Numbered from the stretch's first letter, positions 1-12,496 are shown. The stretch is 41,197 nucleotides of DNA from Chiloscyllium plagiosum (GCF_004010195.1 NC_057752.1:11616915-11658111); one strand, 5' to 3'. Notes: generated from the letters alone by a model not told the origin. A program made the numbers and translations.

Positions 1-1958
1 AAATTGGGAGCAGATACTCTCAGGGAAATGCAAGACAGAAATGTGGAGGTTGTTTAGGGAGCATTTGCTGCGAGTGTTGAATAGGTTTGTCCCACTGAGG
101 TGAGGAAGGGGTGGTAGGGTGTTGGAACCATGGATGACAAGGGCTGTGGAATATCTAGTCAAGAGGAAGAAGGAAGCTTACATAAGTCTTAGGAAGAAAG
201 GATCAGACAGGACTATAGAGGTTTACAAGGTAGCCAGAAAGGAACCGAAGAATGGAGTTAGGAGAGCTAGAATGGGGCATTAAAAAGCCTTGAAGGGTCA
301 GATTAGGGAAAACCTCAAGGTGTTGTCCCCTTATGTGAGGAACAAGAGGATGGCCACAGTGAGGGCAGGACTGATCAGGATAGTGGAGGAAATGTGTGTC
401 TGGTGTCAGAGGAGGTCAGGTAGGTTCTTGAAAAATGCTATGTTTCACTGTTCACTTGTGAGAGGGACCTTGTCATTTGTGAGGACATCGTGAAAAAGGC
501 TGATCGGCTGTGAATTTTGAAAACTTGAGGATAGATAAGTCCCCTGGACCAGATGGGATATACCCAAGGTTGACTGCAGGAAGCGAGGGAAAAGATTGCT
601 GCACCTTTGTCGGTGATCTTTGCATCCTCACTGACCACTGGAATAGTACCAGATGATTGGAGGGTGGCAAATGCTGTGCTCTTGCTCAAGAAAATGAATA
701 GGGGTAACCTTGTGAATTACAGACCAGTCAGTCTCAAATTGGTGAGCGGCAAATTCATGGAGAAGTTTCTGAGAGGTGAGTTTTAAGATTATTTGGAAAT
801 GCATAGCTTGATTAGAGATCATCAGCATGGCTTTGTTAGGGGCAAGCTTCATAAGCCTTATTGAATTCATTTAGAATGTGACAAAACATATTGATGAAGG
901 TAGGGTAGTGGATGAGATGGGATACAGGGAAATCTGACTTGGTGGTGGTAGGTGGAAAGTATTCAGTCTGGAGCTCGATGATCCACAGGGATTGCTTCCG
1001 AGACCTCTGCTGTTTGTGTTGCTTTATAAATGATTTGGATGAGTAAGTAGAAGGATGGGTTAGTAAGTTTACCAATGACACAAAGGTCTTTGGAGTTGTG
1101 GATCGTGTGGAGGGATGTGGTAGTTTGCAATGGGACATTGACAGGATACTGAGCTGGACTGAGAAGTGGCAAATGTAGTTCAACTTGGAAAAGTGTGAAG
1201 TGATTCATTTTCGAAGGTGGAATTTGAATGCAGATTACAGGGTTAAAGGCAGGATTCTTGGCAGCGTGCAGGAACAGAGGGATCTTGGGGTCCATGCCCT
1301 TAGATCCCGCATATTTGCCACCCAAGTTGAGAACATTGTTAAGAAGGCATATAGTGTTTTGGTTTTCATGAGCAGGGGAATTTAATTTAAGAGCCGCGAG
1401 GTTATGCTGCAGTTCTATAAAGCCCTGGTTAGAATACACTGGGAATATTGTGTTCAGTTCTGGTCACCTCATTACAGGAAGGATGTGAAGCTCAGAAAGT
1501 GTGCAGAGGATGTTGCCTAGACTGGAGGGCATGTCGTCTGAAGAAAGGTTGAGGGAGCTAGGGCTTTCCTCATTGCAGCAAAGAAGGATGAGAGGTGACT
1601 TGATAGAGGTGTACAAGATGATGAGAGGCATAGATATAATGGATAGCCAGAGACTTTTTCCGAGTGCAGAAATGGCTGTCACAAGGGGTCATAGTTTTAT
1701 GGTAATTGGAGGAGATGTCAGAGGTAGGTTCTTTACACAGAGAGCAGTAGGTGTGTGGAATGCACTGCTAGCAGTGATAGTGGAGTCAGATACATGAGCA
1801 ACATTTAAGTGACTCTTGGATAGGCACATGGAAGATAGTAAAATGTAGGGTATGCAGGTTAGTTTGATCTTAGAGTAAGATAAAAGGTTGGCACAACATC
1901 GAGGGCCCAAGGGCCTGTACTGTGTTGTCCTGTTCTGCATTCTGTGTTCTATGTTCAT
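1..1958 (+). mobile_element. CR1-type LINE, degenerate ORF2 (RT and C-terminal region) through the 3' tail; 5' part lies outside the window
   Basis: Fragmented frames give CR1 ORF2 motifs (KSPGPDGIYPR, EKCEVIHF, QRDLGVH, RMRGDLIEVYKMM, FFTQRAVGVWNAL). It ends in a GTTCTRTG-like microsatellite tail at about 1930-1958. Many stops and frameshifts. Confidence 0.93.
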
Positions 1959-2566
1959 GTATCATCAAACTCTCAAAACTGTTAGAAAGGCAGAAATAGC
2001 ACAGGACAGGAATAAAAGATAATGTTTCTTCATATTTGCGACCAGAGATTCCCCAAATTAATATCCTGGTATTTATTGATTTCAATTGATTACGGGAATG
2101 AGATTAAAAGTACATTGTCGCACTGGCGATATTAAGAAGTTTCTGATCACAATTGCCAAATGTAGGCAGGTGAACATTTTGTTGCAATTTTCTGATAGTT
2201 AATTGAGAAATGGTGCATTAGTTACTGAGGCAAAGAAAGAAAGTATATAGTTGTGATAATTTGTCCTCTGTTTTCATATCGAGATTTGTTTCCATTTGCA
2301 GAAGGCTAGTTACTGATGTGACACAGTTAAATGAAGCTTCATGTGACACGGGAAATACCAGATATGGAACGGTAAATTAATGCCAACGTCAACAATACAT
2401 TTTTCAAATAAAAGGAGGATGAATCCTCAAAATTGTATGACATATCTGTGTTTACAGAAACACCACAGGAGCAGATAAGGTACCATTTGAAGGTCTCATT
2501 AAGTGAAAATTAAAGAATGGGAAGAAAAAAAACATTTCAGTGATGAGAACATTTCAAATGTTAGTA

Positions 2567-2927
2567 CGGGTAGACAACCCTTTATCCAAATTCCTGAAAT
2601 CCAAAAAGCTCTGAAATCTGAAGGCTTTTCGTGAAGTTTCTTTCTCATGAGCAAGGTTGTTTGGCGTGCAGTTAACCCAACTCCACACCCACTCAATGAA
2701 TGTCACTCAGATGCGACATGGTGGTGGGGGGGGGGGGGGGGGTTGTGGCCCACCACTGGCAGGCCCCAATTCTGTCTCAGGACCCGTAGCTATCACAGTG
2801 AGTCTGCTGTTTGGTAAGATTTTAAAATATTTCACCATCAAACTGTCATTTATTCCAAAATTTGAAAGATTCTTAATTCCAAAAACCAGCTGGTCCCGAG
2901 CATTTCTGAGAAAGGGCTGTGTACCTG
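2567..2927. mobile_element. Non-autonomous Tc1/mariner-pogo (Tigger-like) DNA transposon, MITE
   Basis: Imperfect terminal inverted repeats: left TA|CGGGTAGACAACCCTTTATC versus reverse complement of right TA|CAGGTACACAGCCCTTTCTC (18/22 including TA). TA flanks at 2565-2566 and 2928-2929. Subterminal AAATCC/ATTCCAAAA repeats and CTGGTCCCGAGCATTTC resemble Tigger4/Zombi ends (from memory). Confidence 0.8.
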
Positions 2928-3433
2928 TATTGTCATGCTGGGGAATCACTTGATTGAAACCATTACAAGTAGGAGATACACATACATTATCAGCACACAG
3001 CTTTTTACTTGTGATTAGCATTTGGTTATCTGCAATAAATATTAATTCTTGTGAAATCCAGGGAAAGTGTTAGCATTTTCTGTGAACTTGATGCCAGCTG
3101 ACAGGAGGTTTGTAGAATTTGCGTACTTTGATTAAAGGATTAATATTTGTGACCATCCTCACTCCACCCTCAGAGTAATGGGGTACAAGGCTCAGTGCAC
3201 TTTCCCAAGTGAGTGGTGACAATGGGAATCGATGAGAATCCATCACATGGGGGAATAGATGACCCACGTTGTTTTCAGTCTTGCCCTTCAGAGGGTGCTC
3301 TCAGTCACCTACTCCCTCATTTATTGCCAGGGTATATAAGCTCAGGGTCGGGGATAAATATGGCATTTATGGACTGGGAATAATACCATCCATACCTTAG
3401 CTTCTTCCCTCCTGCTTTTTATTTCATCACTAA

Positions 3434-4315
3434 TCAAGCAATTGGTGCAACCAAAGAGTTCAAAGTGTCCTTGATCAGTTGCCTAAACTTGGATAGCATT
3501 GCCAAATAAATAAAGGCATTTGCATAATAAGTAACAGTCAGCAAAATAATTGAAATGTCTCTACATATTTTGATAGCTTCAGTTCAATAATCTCTCCTAA
3601 CACTGTAACGTATGAAATTTATAATGCGCCCATCCATACAAGTACAAAACTGTTGAAAATAGCAAACAGCAAACTAACTGGCTTCCTTCTTTTCTGTCTC
3701 TCTGGGTCACTGTGACTCTCTCCTTTATTCTGACCCCTCAGTCCCTTACGGACTCGACTCGTTACTAAAATGTGCTTGACTGTCAGAGTGTTGAGTAACA
3801 GAATTAATACAAATGGGAGCAACGGGGTTATAAACTTGTTAAATATGTCATCCCCTCTCCATCCTGCCTCAGTCAAATAGCTTTTCTTCAGCTTACATTT
3901 CAAGGGCACATTGTTGACTATATACCAAGGTTCATATTTAAAGTAGATAGGCACATTTCTTGAAGCAGAATAGAATGCAGGTTGTTGCTAGAATCACTTT
4001 TGCAGTTCTTTCAGTGCAATACTTTGTTTTCAGTTTCTGGCAACAAATGACTACAAATCGATCAAAGGAGAAAAACCACAGTGAACCAGACAAAAGAGTC
4101 TCTGATCACAAAATGTAAGACATACAAGAAACTACACATGGGGATGAGTTCCAGAAAAGAGTCTTGTGAAGAATATTAAGGAAAAAAATTGCTTCAGGAT
4201 GGTGTTAGTGATAGTAGACAGCAGAATCATTGTTGACATGGCCACCAAGTAGCAATGGTGCAGGTGGAGATGCTACACTTGACACGTGAAAGAATCACAA
4301 TCACAAGTAAATTAA
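3434..4315 (-). pseudogene. GPR139/GPR142-like GPCR pseudogene (exon 2 only recognisable)
   Basis: Minus-strand acceptor ttctttctatcccgcag|TTAATTTACTT (VNLLVIVILSR..C.ISTCT) sits at the same position as in the intact gene. Later segments read SFDRFVVICCQKLKTKYCTE, the ORF 3619-3954 (TM4-TM6) and ANAFIYLAMLSKFR. Frameshifts occur near TM2 and DRF, with a premature stop after TM6. Confidence 0.9.
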
Positions 4316-5048
4316 CTGCGGGATAGAAAGAATTCAAAAGTAAAATGGTAGTTGTTCCTTAAAAATTCCCTGTGTTGCATACAAAAAGGGATGAAAGGAG
4401 TTTGTCTTCACCAGAAATACCTGTGGAATGTGGGTGGTTGGCTGGTGATTCACAGATTTTACTGCTCCCCAATCGTATCTTGGACTCCAACTGAAATAAA
4501 ATTACTTTCCATGAAGCCAAAGATCTCCATTACGATTCAATTTATAGGTTTAACTCTTTTAGGACAATCAAACAGAACATTACACACAAAGTGAGCGATT
4601 GCAGCAGAATCCCCTTTCCATCATCACTGCCAGATTTCAGTTCCTCTCCAGAATCAGGCCCACTATTCTGTATCAAGTATCCAAGCAGTTTTCCAATCTT
4701 ATCTCAGCTTGCTTTTGGACACTGTCCAAGCTTGGACCTGAGATGCAAATCTGTGATGTGAGCACAATGCAAAATAAAATAAAGCTTCTCAGGGATTTGG
4801 AAAGGCTGCATGACAGCACTAAAATAATGTGAATACGTATGAGCTTGCACACTTTGTTCAGAAAAACACTGAAATTATTTTCCAAAATGGTCAGAAATCA
4901 ATTTGTATTGTATATAATTGAAGTGCGAGTGCTTTGTAGGTATTAATATTATTTATTTTAGAGTTTGACAATCAGATTACTGGTGTTTGGGTATTCCTCT
5001 AATTTTTGTGATGGGTTTAAAAATTCATTACTTTTGTCTCTCAAGATG

Positions 5049-5394
5049 GACGGCACAGTTGCTCAGTGGTTTGCCCTGCTACCTCACAGCGCCAGGGACG
5101 TGGGTTTGATTCCAGATTCGGGTAAGTGTCCATGTGGAATTTTCACACTCTTCCTGTGTCTGTGTGGGTTACCTCTGGGTGCTCCGGTTTTCTCCCACAG
5201 TGGAAATATGTGCAGGTTAGGTGAATTGGCCATGCTGAATTCCCCATAGGGATGTGTAGCTTAGTTGCTTTAGTCAGTGGCAAATATATGATAGGGGAAT
5301 CGGTGTGGATGCGTTACTTTTCAAAGGGTTGGTGTGGACTTGTTGGACCGGAGGGCCTGTTTCCAAAGTGTAGGGATTCTAATTCTAATTCTAA
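5049..5394 (+). mobile_element. HE1-type tRNA-derived V-SINE
   Basis: Degenerate A/B boxes (TTGCTCAGTGG, GGTTTGATTCC), V-domain (TCTGTGTGGGTT...GGGTGCTCCGGTTTTCTCCCACA), CR1-derived 3' end and (ATTCTA)n tail. Confidence 0.9.
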
Positions 5395-5418
5395 GACACT
5401 GATTTACAAAACTCTAGT

Positions 5419-6095
5419 TGTCATAGAGCAGTTAACTGCCCTGTAAATGGAAGCTTGTTTACATCATGGCAGTTAAAACAGCAGAGGAAAGATCACATTG
5501 TGAGCTCCAACAATACTGATGAGTAAGGTATTCAATTTTGTTGGAAAACATTTCAATTCAGTGCATAATAGAGCTTACTGAGCTCAGAAGCAAGCAAGCT
5601 CTCTGATAAAGGAGATTTATCAAAGCAGTAAAGATGACAGGTTGCCTCAGTGAAAGAGTATAATTCATGCACATTCCAGTCCAAGTGTTTGGCCAAATTT
5701 TGCAGGTTAGTAAATGTAAACTCCCAGTTGTAGGAATATTAATTTTTTTTTTAATTCACAGTTTACGAGACAGGAACTGAGAACTAGCAGTTAAATCAAA
5801 TCTGGAAAATCCACATGGAATTTCTCTGCATCTTGAACACTGTAAAGAAATATTGTTGGGGGATGAGAGGGGTTTAGTGAAGTATTTCAAGTAATGTTAT
5901 CTTTAGCTCACTTGCTTTATTTTATTTTGATTTATTTTGTGTAATAAATATCTGTCTTATTGTCAAGAACAGTATTGCACCGTTGTCTTCCAGTGAAGGA
6001 CTGGCTTGTTAATTGAATGCAAGATGCTACCTATCGAGCCAGAATTAATTCTGGACCTGTATTCTCCAGTCTCAACCTCAGCTGCAATCAGAACA
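5419..6095 (+). mobile_element. Probable 5' LTR of a Gypsy (Gmr1-like) retrotransposon
   Basis: TG...CA bounded segment with AATAAA near 5943, ending ...AGAACA immediately before a PBS-like sequence and gag-like coding. The left boundary is uncertain. Confidence 0.5.
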
Positions 6096-6096
6096 T

Positions 6097-6115
6097 TGGG
6101 GGCACTTGCTGGGAT
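6097..6115 (+). other. Degenerate tRNA-Pro primer binding site
   Basis: TGGGGGCACTTGCTGGGAT versus the canonical tRNA-Pro PBS TGGGGGCTCGTCCGGGAT, located 1 nt after the putative LTR end. Confidence 0.55.
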
Positions 6116-6240
6116 CTGAAATCATTGACTTTAAGAAAACTCTTTGTCACTTTTATGAATACAGGTACCAAGAGTTTCTGAAATTAAAGTGGCTGTGCTC
6201 TGGTGAATTTTCTTGTACAGAAAATTTTCTTGTACTTAAA

Positions 6241-6586
6241 ATGAATTGGAATCTTGCAAAGAGTATTCTGCGAGTGGAATATATGACAGTGGAATATCAG
6301 AATTATTTAATTTGTACTAACCTGACAGAATAAGCAGCTAAACTGGAAACAGAAGCGGACATTGGACCTCCTCTAGAGGAGATGTTCACAGAGATTAATA
6401 AACTTTTGAACTTGGTAGAAGAGGAACCTGAAATTGAGATGTCACCACGAGACCCAATTAAGATGCAGTTTAATATGATGAGACTTTAGTTGGAAGTAAA
6501 AGACAGAGAGAGAGAGAGAGAGAGAAATGAATAGACTTGCGTGGGAAGAGGAAGTGAAGAAACTGCAATGGCAAAGGACACAGAGT
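6241..6586 (+). mobile_element. Gypsy (Gmr1-like) gag N-terminal remnant
   Basis: MNWNLAKSILRVEYMTVEY..NLTE*AAKLE followed by a coiled-coil-like MRL*LEVKDRERERER stretch. Interrupted at about 6587 by a CR1 tail. Confidence 0.55.
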
Positions 6587-9500
6587 TAGAACAAAGAACA
6601 AAGAACAAAAAACATTACAGCATAGGAACAGGCCCTTCGGACCTCCAACCCTGTGCCAATCCAGATCCTCTCTCTAAACCTGTTACCTATTTTCTAAGGA
6701 TCTCTATCCCTCTGCTCCCTGCCCTTTCATGTATCTGTCTAGATACATCTTAAATTACTCTATCATGCCCACCTCTACCACCTCCGCTGGCAATGAATTC
6801 TAGGTACCTACCACCCTCTGTGTAAAGAACTTTCCACGCATATCTCCCTTAAACTTTCCCCTCTCACCTTGAACTCGTGACTCCTACAATTGAGCTCCAC
6901 ACCCCCGTACCACTCTGGGAAAAGCTTCTTGCTATCCACCCTGTCTATACTCCTCATTTTTGTGTAGACCTCAATCAGGTCCCCCTCAACCTCTGTTTTT
7001 TGCATGAAACTAATCCTAATCTATCAACCTGTTTTCAAAGCTTTTGCTCACCATAACAGGCAACATCCTGGTAAACCTCCTCTGCACCCTCTCCAAAGCA
7101 TCCACATCCTTTTGGGAATGTGCTAACGTATGCAGTATTCAAAGTATGGCCGAACCAATGTCCAATACAACTGTAACATGACCTGTCAACTCTTGCACTC
7201 AATACCCCGTCCAATGAAGGAAAGCATGCTGTATGCCTTCTTGACCGCTCTATCGACCTGGTTCCCACCTTCAGAATACAATGGACCTGAAGAACCAAAT
7301 ATCTCTGCACATCAATTTTCCCAGGCCTTTTCCCTTTCCTGTCCTGTTCGCTCCAGAATTAGATCTTTCAAAATGTATCACCTATCATTTGCCCACATTG
7401 AACTCCATCTGCCATTTCTCTGTCTAACACTCCATTCTATATATATTCTGCTGCATTCTCTGACAGTCCCCTTCACTATCTGCTACTCCATCAATCTAAG
7501 TGTCATCTGCAAGCTTGCTAATCAGACCACCTATACCTTCCTCCAGATCATTTATGTATATCACAAACAGCAATGGTCCCAGCAAAAAACCCTGTGGAAC
7601 ACCACTGGTCACACTTCTCCATTTTGAGAAAGTCCCTTCCACTGCTACTCTCTGCCTGCTGTTGCCCAGCCAGTGCTCTATCCATCTAGCCAGTATACCC
7701 TGGACCTCACGTGACTTCACTTTCCCCATCAGCCAACCATGAAGAACCTTATCTATGTATATGACATCTACAGCCCTAACCTCATCAATCAACTTTGTCA
7801 CTTCCACAAAGAATTCTATTAAGCTGGTAAGACATAACCTTCCCTGCACAAAATCATGTTGCCTATCACTGATAAGCCCATTTTCTTCCAAATGTAAATA
7901 GATCCTATCCCTCCGTATCTTCTTCAGGAGTTTCCCTACCATGATGTCAGGCTCACCGGTCTATAATTACCTCAATTATCCCTGCTACCCCACTTAAACA
8001 AGGGGACGACATGAGCAGTTCTCCAGGTCTCTGGGACATCACTGGTGTTCAAGGATGTTGCAAATGTATCTGTTAAGGCCTCAGCTATTTTATCTCTTCC
8101 TTCCCTCAGTAAACTGGGATAAATCCCATCTGCACCTGGGGACTTGTCCACCTTTATGCCTTTTTCAAATACTCAACACTTCCACCCTCCTTATGCTGAC
8201 TTGACCTAGAGTAATCAAGCTTCTATCCCTAACCTCAACATCCATCATGTCCCTCTCTTCTGTGAATACCGATGCAAAGTACTTATTAAGAATCTCACTC
8301 ATTTTCTCCAACTCCACGCATAACTTTCCTCCTTTGTCCTTGACTGGGCCAACCAATTCTCTAGTTACCCTCTTGCTCCTTATATACGGATAAAAGGCTT
8401 TGGAATTTTCTTTAACCCACCTTGCTAAAGATATTTCATGACCCCTTTTCACCCTCTTAAATCCTCATTTCAGATTGGTCTACTTCCCCAATATACTTCC
8501 AAAGCTTCATCTGTTTTCAGTCACCTAGACATTATGTATGCTTCCTTTATTCTCTTAACTAGTCTCACATGTTCACCTGTCATCCATGATTCCCTCATCT
8601 TACCATTTCCATCCCTCATTTTCACAGGGACATTGCGCTGTTATCAACCACTCTTTGAAAGCCTCCCACACACCAAATTTGGATTTCCACTCAAACAACT
8701 GCTCCCAATCCACATTCACCAGCTCCTGCAGATTTGTTTTAATGTAATTGGCCTTCCCCCAGTTTAGCACCCTCCCGGATGCCCCTTACAAATTTTGTGC
8801 CATTTGATCCTCTAACACTAAGTGAATCCCAAACAATGTTGGAAAAATTAAAATCTCTCACGATCTACATCTTTCCATAAACTGTTCACATATTTGTACC
8901 TCTATCTCATACTCACTGTCTGGTGACCTGTGTTACAGCACCCTTCCTGTTTCTGAGCTCTGCCCATATTGCCTCACTGCTCGAGTCCTCTATAGTGCCC
9001 TCCTTCAGCACAGCTGTGATATCCTCTCTGACCAGTAATGCAACCCCTCCAACCCTTTTACCTCCCTCTCAATCCTTCCTAAAACAATTATGTCCTGGGA
9101 TATTTAGTTGCCAATCTTGCCCTTCCCTCAACCAAGGCTCAGTCATAGCAGTAACATCATACTCCCAGTCCTAAATTCATCTGCCTTAACTACAACACTT
9201 CTCGAATTAAAACAAATGCACCTCAGCCCACCAGTCCCTTTCCATTCACCATCTGCACCCTATGTACTCTGACCCTTAGTCACACTGACTTCATTATCTG
9301 ATTCTTTACAGGCTTCAGCCACTACGTCATGACTGTCCACTAACCTCCTCATTTGGGTCCCATCCCCCTGCCGACAGTGTTTGCAAAAGCACCCCCAAGG
9401 GCATTGGTTCCAGTCGGCCCAGGTGTAGACCGTCCAATTTGTAATCATCCCACAGAGCTGGTCCTAATGTCCCAAAGGTCCTAACCCCTCCCTCCTGCAC

Positions 9501-10415
9501 CATCTCTCAAGCTACTCATTCATCCTGCCTCTTCATTCATTTCTACTCTGATTAGCACATGGCACTGGTGGCAATCCTGAGATTACTATCTGTGAGGTCC
9601 TACTTTTTAACTTGGCTCCTAATTCCCCAAATTCTTCTTGTAGGACTTCATCCCGTTTTTTACCTATGTCACTGGTGCCTACATGCACCACGTACATGTT
9701 GTTCATCCTCCCTCTTCAGAATGTCTTGTAGCCAATCTGAGACATCCCTGACACATGAACCTGGGAGGCAACGTACCATTTTTGACCACAGAACCGCCTA
9801 TCTACTCCCCATACAATTGAATCACCTATGACTATAGTCCTTCCACTCTTTTCCCACCCTTCAGTACAACAGAGCCAGCCACGGTGCTATGAACCTGGCT
9901 ACTGCTGCCTTCCCCTGGTGAGCCATCTCCCCAACAGTATCCAAAACCGTTTACCTGCATTGGAGGAGGATGACTGCAGGGGACACCTGCGCTGCCTTCC
10001 TGCTCTTTCTCTCCCTTTTGGTCGCCCATTCCCTTTCTCCCTCAGGAATACTAAATCTGCGGTGTGACCAATTCGCTAAGCATGCTATCTCCGAGCTCCT
10101 CAGAATCACAGATGCTCCAAAGTGAGTCCATCCGCAGCTCCAAAGCCATCGTGCAGTCTAACGAGAGCTGCAGCTGGACACACTTCCTGCACGTGAAGGC
10201 GTCAGGGACATCAGCCACTTCCTTGAGCTCCCACATTGAGCAAAAGGAGAATAAAACGGGTATGGGATCTCAAGCCATTTTTACACTTAACTTAGTCCAA
10301 CTATAACATCAAATAATAGATAAATCAAATGAATTTTTAAAAATACTGTTCACGCTATTTCCCAACACATAATAAAGAAAAGAAAAAGCCCTACCTTACC
10401 AACACACCACAGAGT
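6587..10415 (-). mobile_element. Near full-length degenerate CR1 LINE (ORF1 zinc-finger/leucine zipper plus esterase region, ORF2 EN-RT)
   Basis: 3' tail (AGAACAA)n at about 6587-6610. RT motifs in ORF 7496-7942 ([38 protein letters not shown]). Tether region in ORF 8165-8452. ORF1 N-terminus MWELKEVADVPDAFTCRKCVQLQL at 10051-10236. Confidence 0.93.
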
Positions 10416-10419
10416 CTGC

Positions 10420-10520
10420 ATGAGTCATGGGTAAATATAGAGGAATGGGTCTGGGTGGGATAGTCTTCAAAGGGTCGGTGTGGACTTGTTGGGCAGCAGG
10501 GCCGTTTCCACACCGTAGAT
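10420..10520 (+). mobile_element. HE1 SINE 3' fragment
   Basis: GGAATGGGTCTGGGTGGG...GGGTCGGTGTGGACTTGTTGGGC...GTTTCCACAC matches the 3' ends of the other HE1 copies in the window. Confidence 0.8.
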
Positions 10521-10524
10521 CATC

Positions 10525-11760
10525 TGATAAAGAAAGTAGAGAACAGGATCTGGCCAGAAAACATAAAGTAAAGAAGGGAAGGAGAAATAGAAACATGAGG
10601 AATTTTATTATTCCGACGAAGGATTTGATTTAACTGAAGCTTAAATCTGAACGTATTACCTACCTCTGTGAAAGATGGAGTCGAATGTTATGTCACCTTT
10701 TTTTGACAATGTAGTTGGACAGACAAAGTGGTAAAAAGTGCTTTAACCTGAATGTTGTAAGGTATTTTTACAGGTAGAACTAACACTGTGTATGCCGGTT
10801 TATCAGAAGATCAATGTGCAGATCATGAAACTCTTTCAAAGTCAAAATTCAATATTTACGACCTTGTTGCTGAAGCTATCAATTAAAGTTTTGTGTCACA
10901 AATGCCCAAGAAAGTGTAGCATAGATTGGGAGTAAGACAATTAGTATCATCTCCTCATCGTGTAAGTATTCAAGGTGTAATACAATGATGGACCAACGTT
11001 GTAAGATCACGAACAGAGCTTATTGTAAATCTTGTCTTAATGATTCAGATAAAGGAATTCTCTTATTATCATTTTTAATGACAGTTGCTTTGAATGTGTC
11101 GATTGAATTGAGTCTTTTTGAAATGAAATATGACCATGAAATTAATGAAATTGAAAATGGGAAACAACCATTTAGCGACTATGATAATGAAACAAATATC
11201 TGCAGTTGATGGAGATCTGAAACAAAAACAGAAAGTGCTGGAGAAAATCTGGCCCCTTCTGTGGAGAGAGAAACATAGTTGACGCTTCGAGTCTAGTGAC
11301 ACTTCATCAGACTGGTGTACATTATTAACAAACATTAGCTTGGTTGTACAGTCTACATTTGAATGAGAAAGGAAATAGCTAAGCATTAGGGTAAGCATTT
11401 TCGATGGAAAGATGGTTGTCAGAATGTGAAGCAGTTTTTGTGAAGCTGAAGACAATTCTGATAAATCAACCAGCTTTTCCCACCCATGACTTTCCAGGGT
11501 TTGGAAATGATGGTGGATGCATATAGGTGCAATCTTGTTACAGGATGGTTAATCCTTCATAGAAAATCCAGCAAAGTCCTGTTTGAAGAAACGATATCAG
11601 TATCTGAGGACGCACTCCACCATAGAAATATTGACATTATTATTTGTTCTTCAACGCATTGAAATCTATGTTTGAAAGAGTAACAGAGAAATATTCATAT
11701 ACACTGCCCATTATCCATTGGCATTCAGTTAAAAAAGCTGAAAAGAAAATACAATTCAGA
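10525..11760 (+). mobile_element. Continuation of the Gypsy (Gmr1-like) element: gag capsid remnant and RT-connection/RNase H remnant, internally deleted
   Basis: About 10767-10885 translates FTGRTNTVYAGLSEDQCADHETLSKSKFNIYDLVAEA (capsid-like). About 11413-11726 translates WLSECEAVFVKLKTILINQP...VDA..IGAILLQDG*..ENPA..HSTIE..LQRIEIYV..IYTAHYPLAF (RNase H DAS/STIE/TDH-like motifs). Stops and frameshifts present. Confidence 0.8.
11190..11316 (-). mobile_element. Penelope-like terminal-repeat fragment (second family) with degenerate hammerhead motif
   Basis: Minus strand reads CTGATGA-A-GTGTC-ACTA-GACTC-GAAG-CGTC-AACT (11310-11277), followed by ...TTCTCCAGCAC...GATCTCCATCAACTGCAG, resembling the 3' ends of the other Penelope-like inserts. 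Confidence 0.65.
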
Positions 11761-11794
11761 AAGAGTGTGTTATTCCTGCTGTGTATTCCAATCC

Positions 11795-12495
11795 ACTTGC
11801 TAACACTGCAGCTATAAACTGACAAAAAAACCCAGTCGTGCATTTTCACTGGAATAAGGTATTCCAATTCTCTTTGTAATCCAAACTGAGTGCAGTTCAC
11901 CCCCAATGGATAATCTCAAGACTAAATGTTCACTGGCATCAGGGTTTCAATTCTGGGCATTAAGCGCCACTCTTTGCATTACCACATTGATAGATAACCC
12001 CAGGAATATGGAGCCACTAAGGTCAGAACTTCAACTCAGGTCAGAGTCACACACTGAGTACACTTCTACATCAACAGACAATGCTGGGTGCACGGGTTCA
12101 CTGGGATCACGCACTCCACTCCAGTTAATTACACTCACTGAGTGCAGTTATAGACTGACATACAACCTCAATAATATCTGGAGACACGATCAGATATTCC
12201 ATTCCAGTTAGAGCATCTCCCTGAGTGCAGTTGTTCCCTGACAGATAATCCCAGGACTCATTGTTCAACCGGTTTTAGGGATACAGCTCTGATCATTAAT
12301 GCACACTGGGAGCAGTTCAACACTGACAGATAATCCCAGTCATACATGGTCACTGGGAGTAGGCTTTCCATTCTGGCTGAGAAGCAAACTATTTGCAGTT
12401 CTACACTAACAGATAATCACAATAATGTGTATTCACTGGGATCAAACAGTCCATTCTGTTCAGTAAACAGACACTGAGTGTAGTTCAGCTCTGAT
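11795..12495. repeat. Old degenerate tandem repeat, period about 84 bp, about 8.5 units
   Basis: An ACTGAGTGCAGTT-like anchor recurs at 11885, 11969, 12053, 12137, 12220, 12305, 12388 and 12473, each followed by GATAATCCCAG-like and TTCACTGGGATCA-like motifs. Confidence 0.85.
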
Positions 12496-12496
12496 A

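Noticed and set aside
4390..4500. Candidate exon 1 for the minus-strand pseudogene (GGTATTTCTG|GTGAAG)
   Set aside because: No hydrophobic TM1-like sequence or suitable ATG upstream. No convincing exon 1 was found in the window.
6587..10415. Active autonomous CR1 element
   Set aside because: ORF1 and ORF2 are broken by many stops, frameshifts and deletions. No retroelement in the window has an intact ORF.
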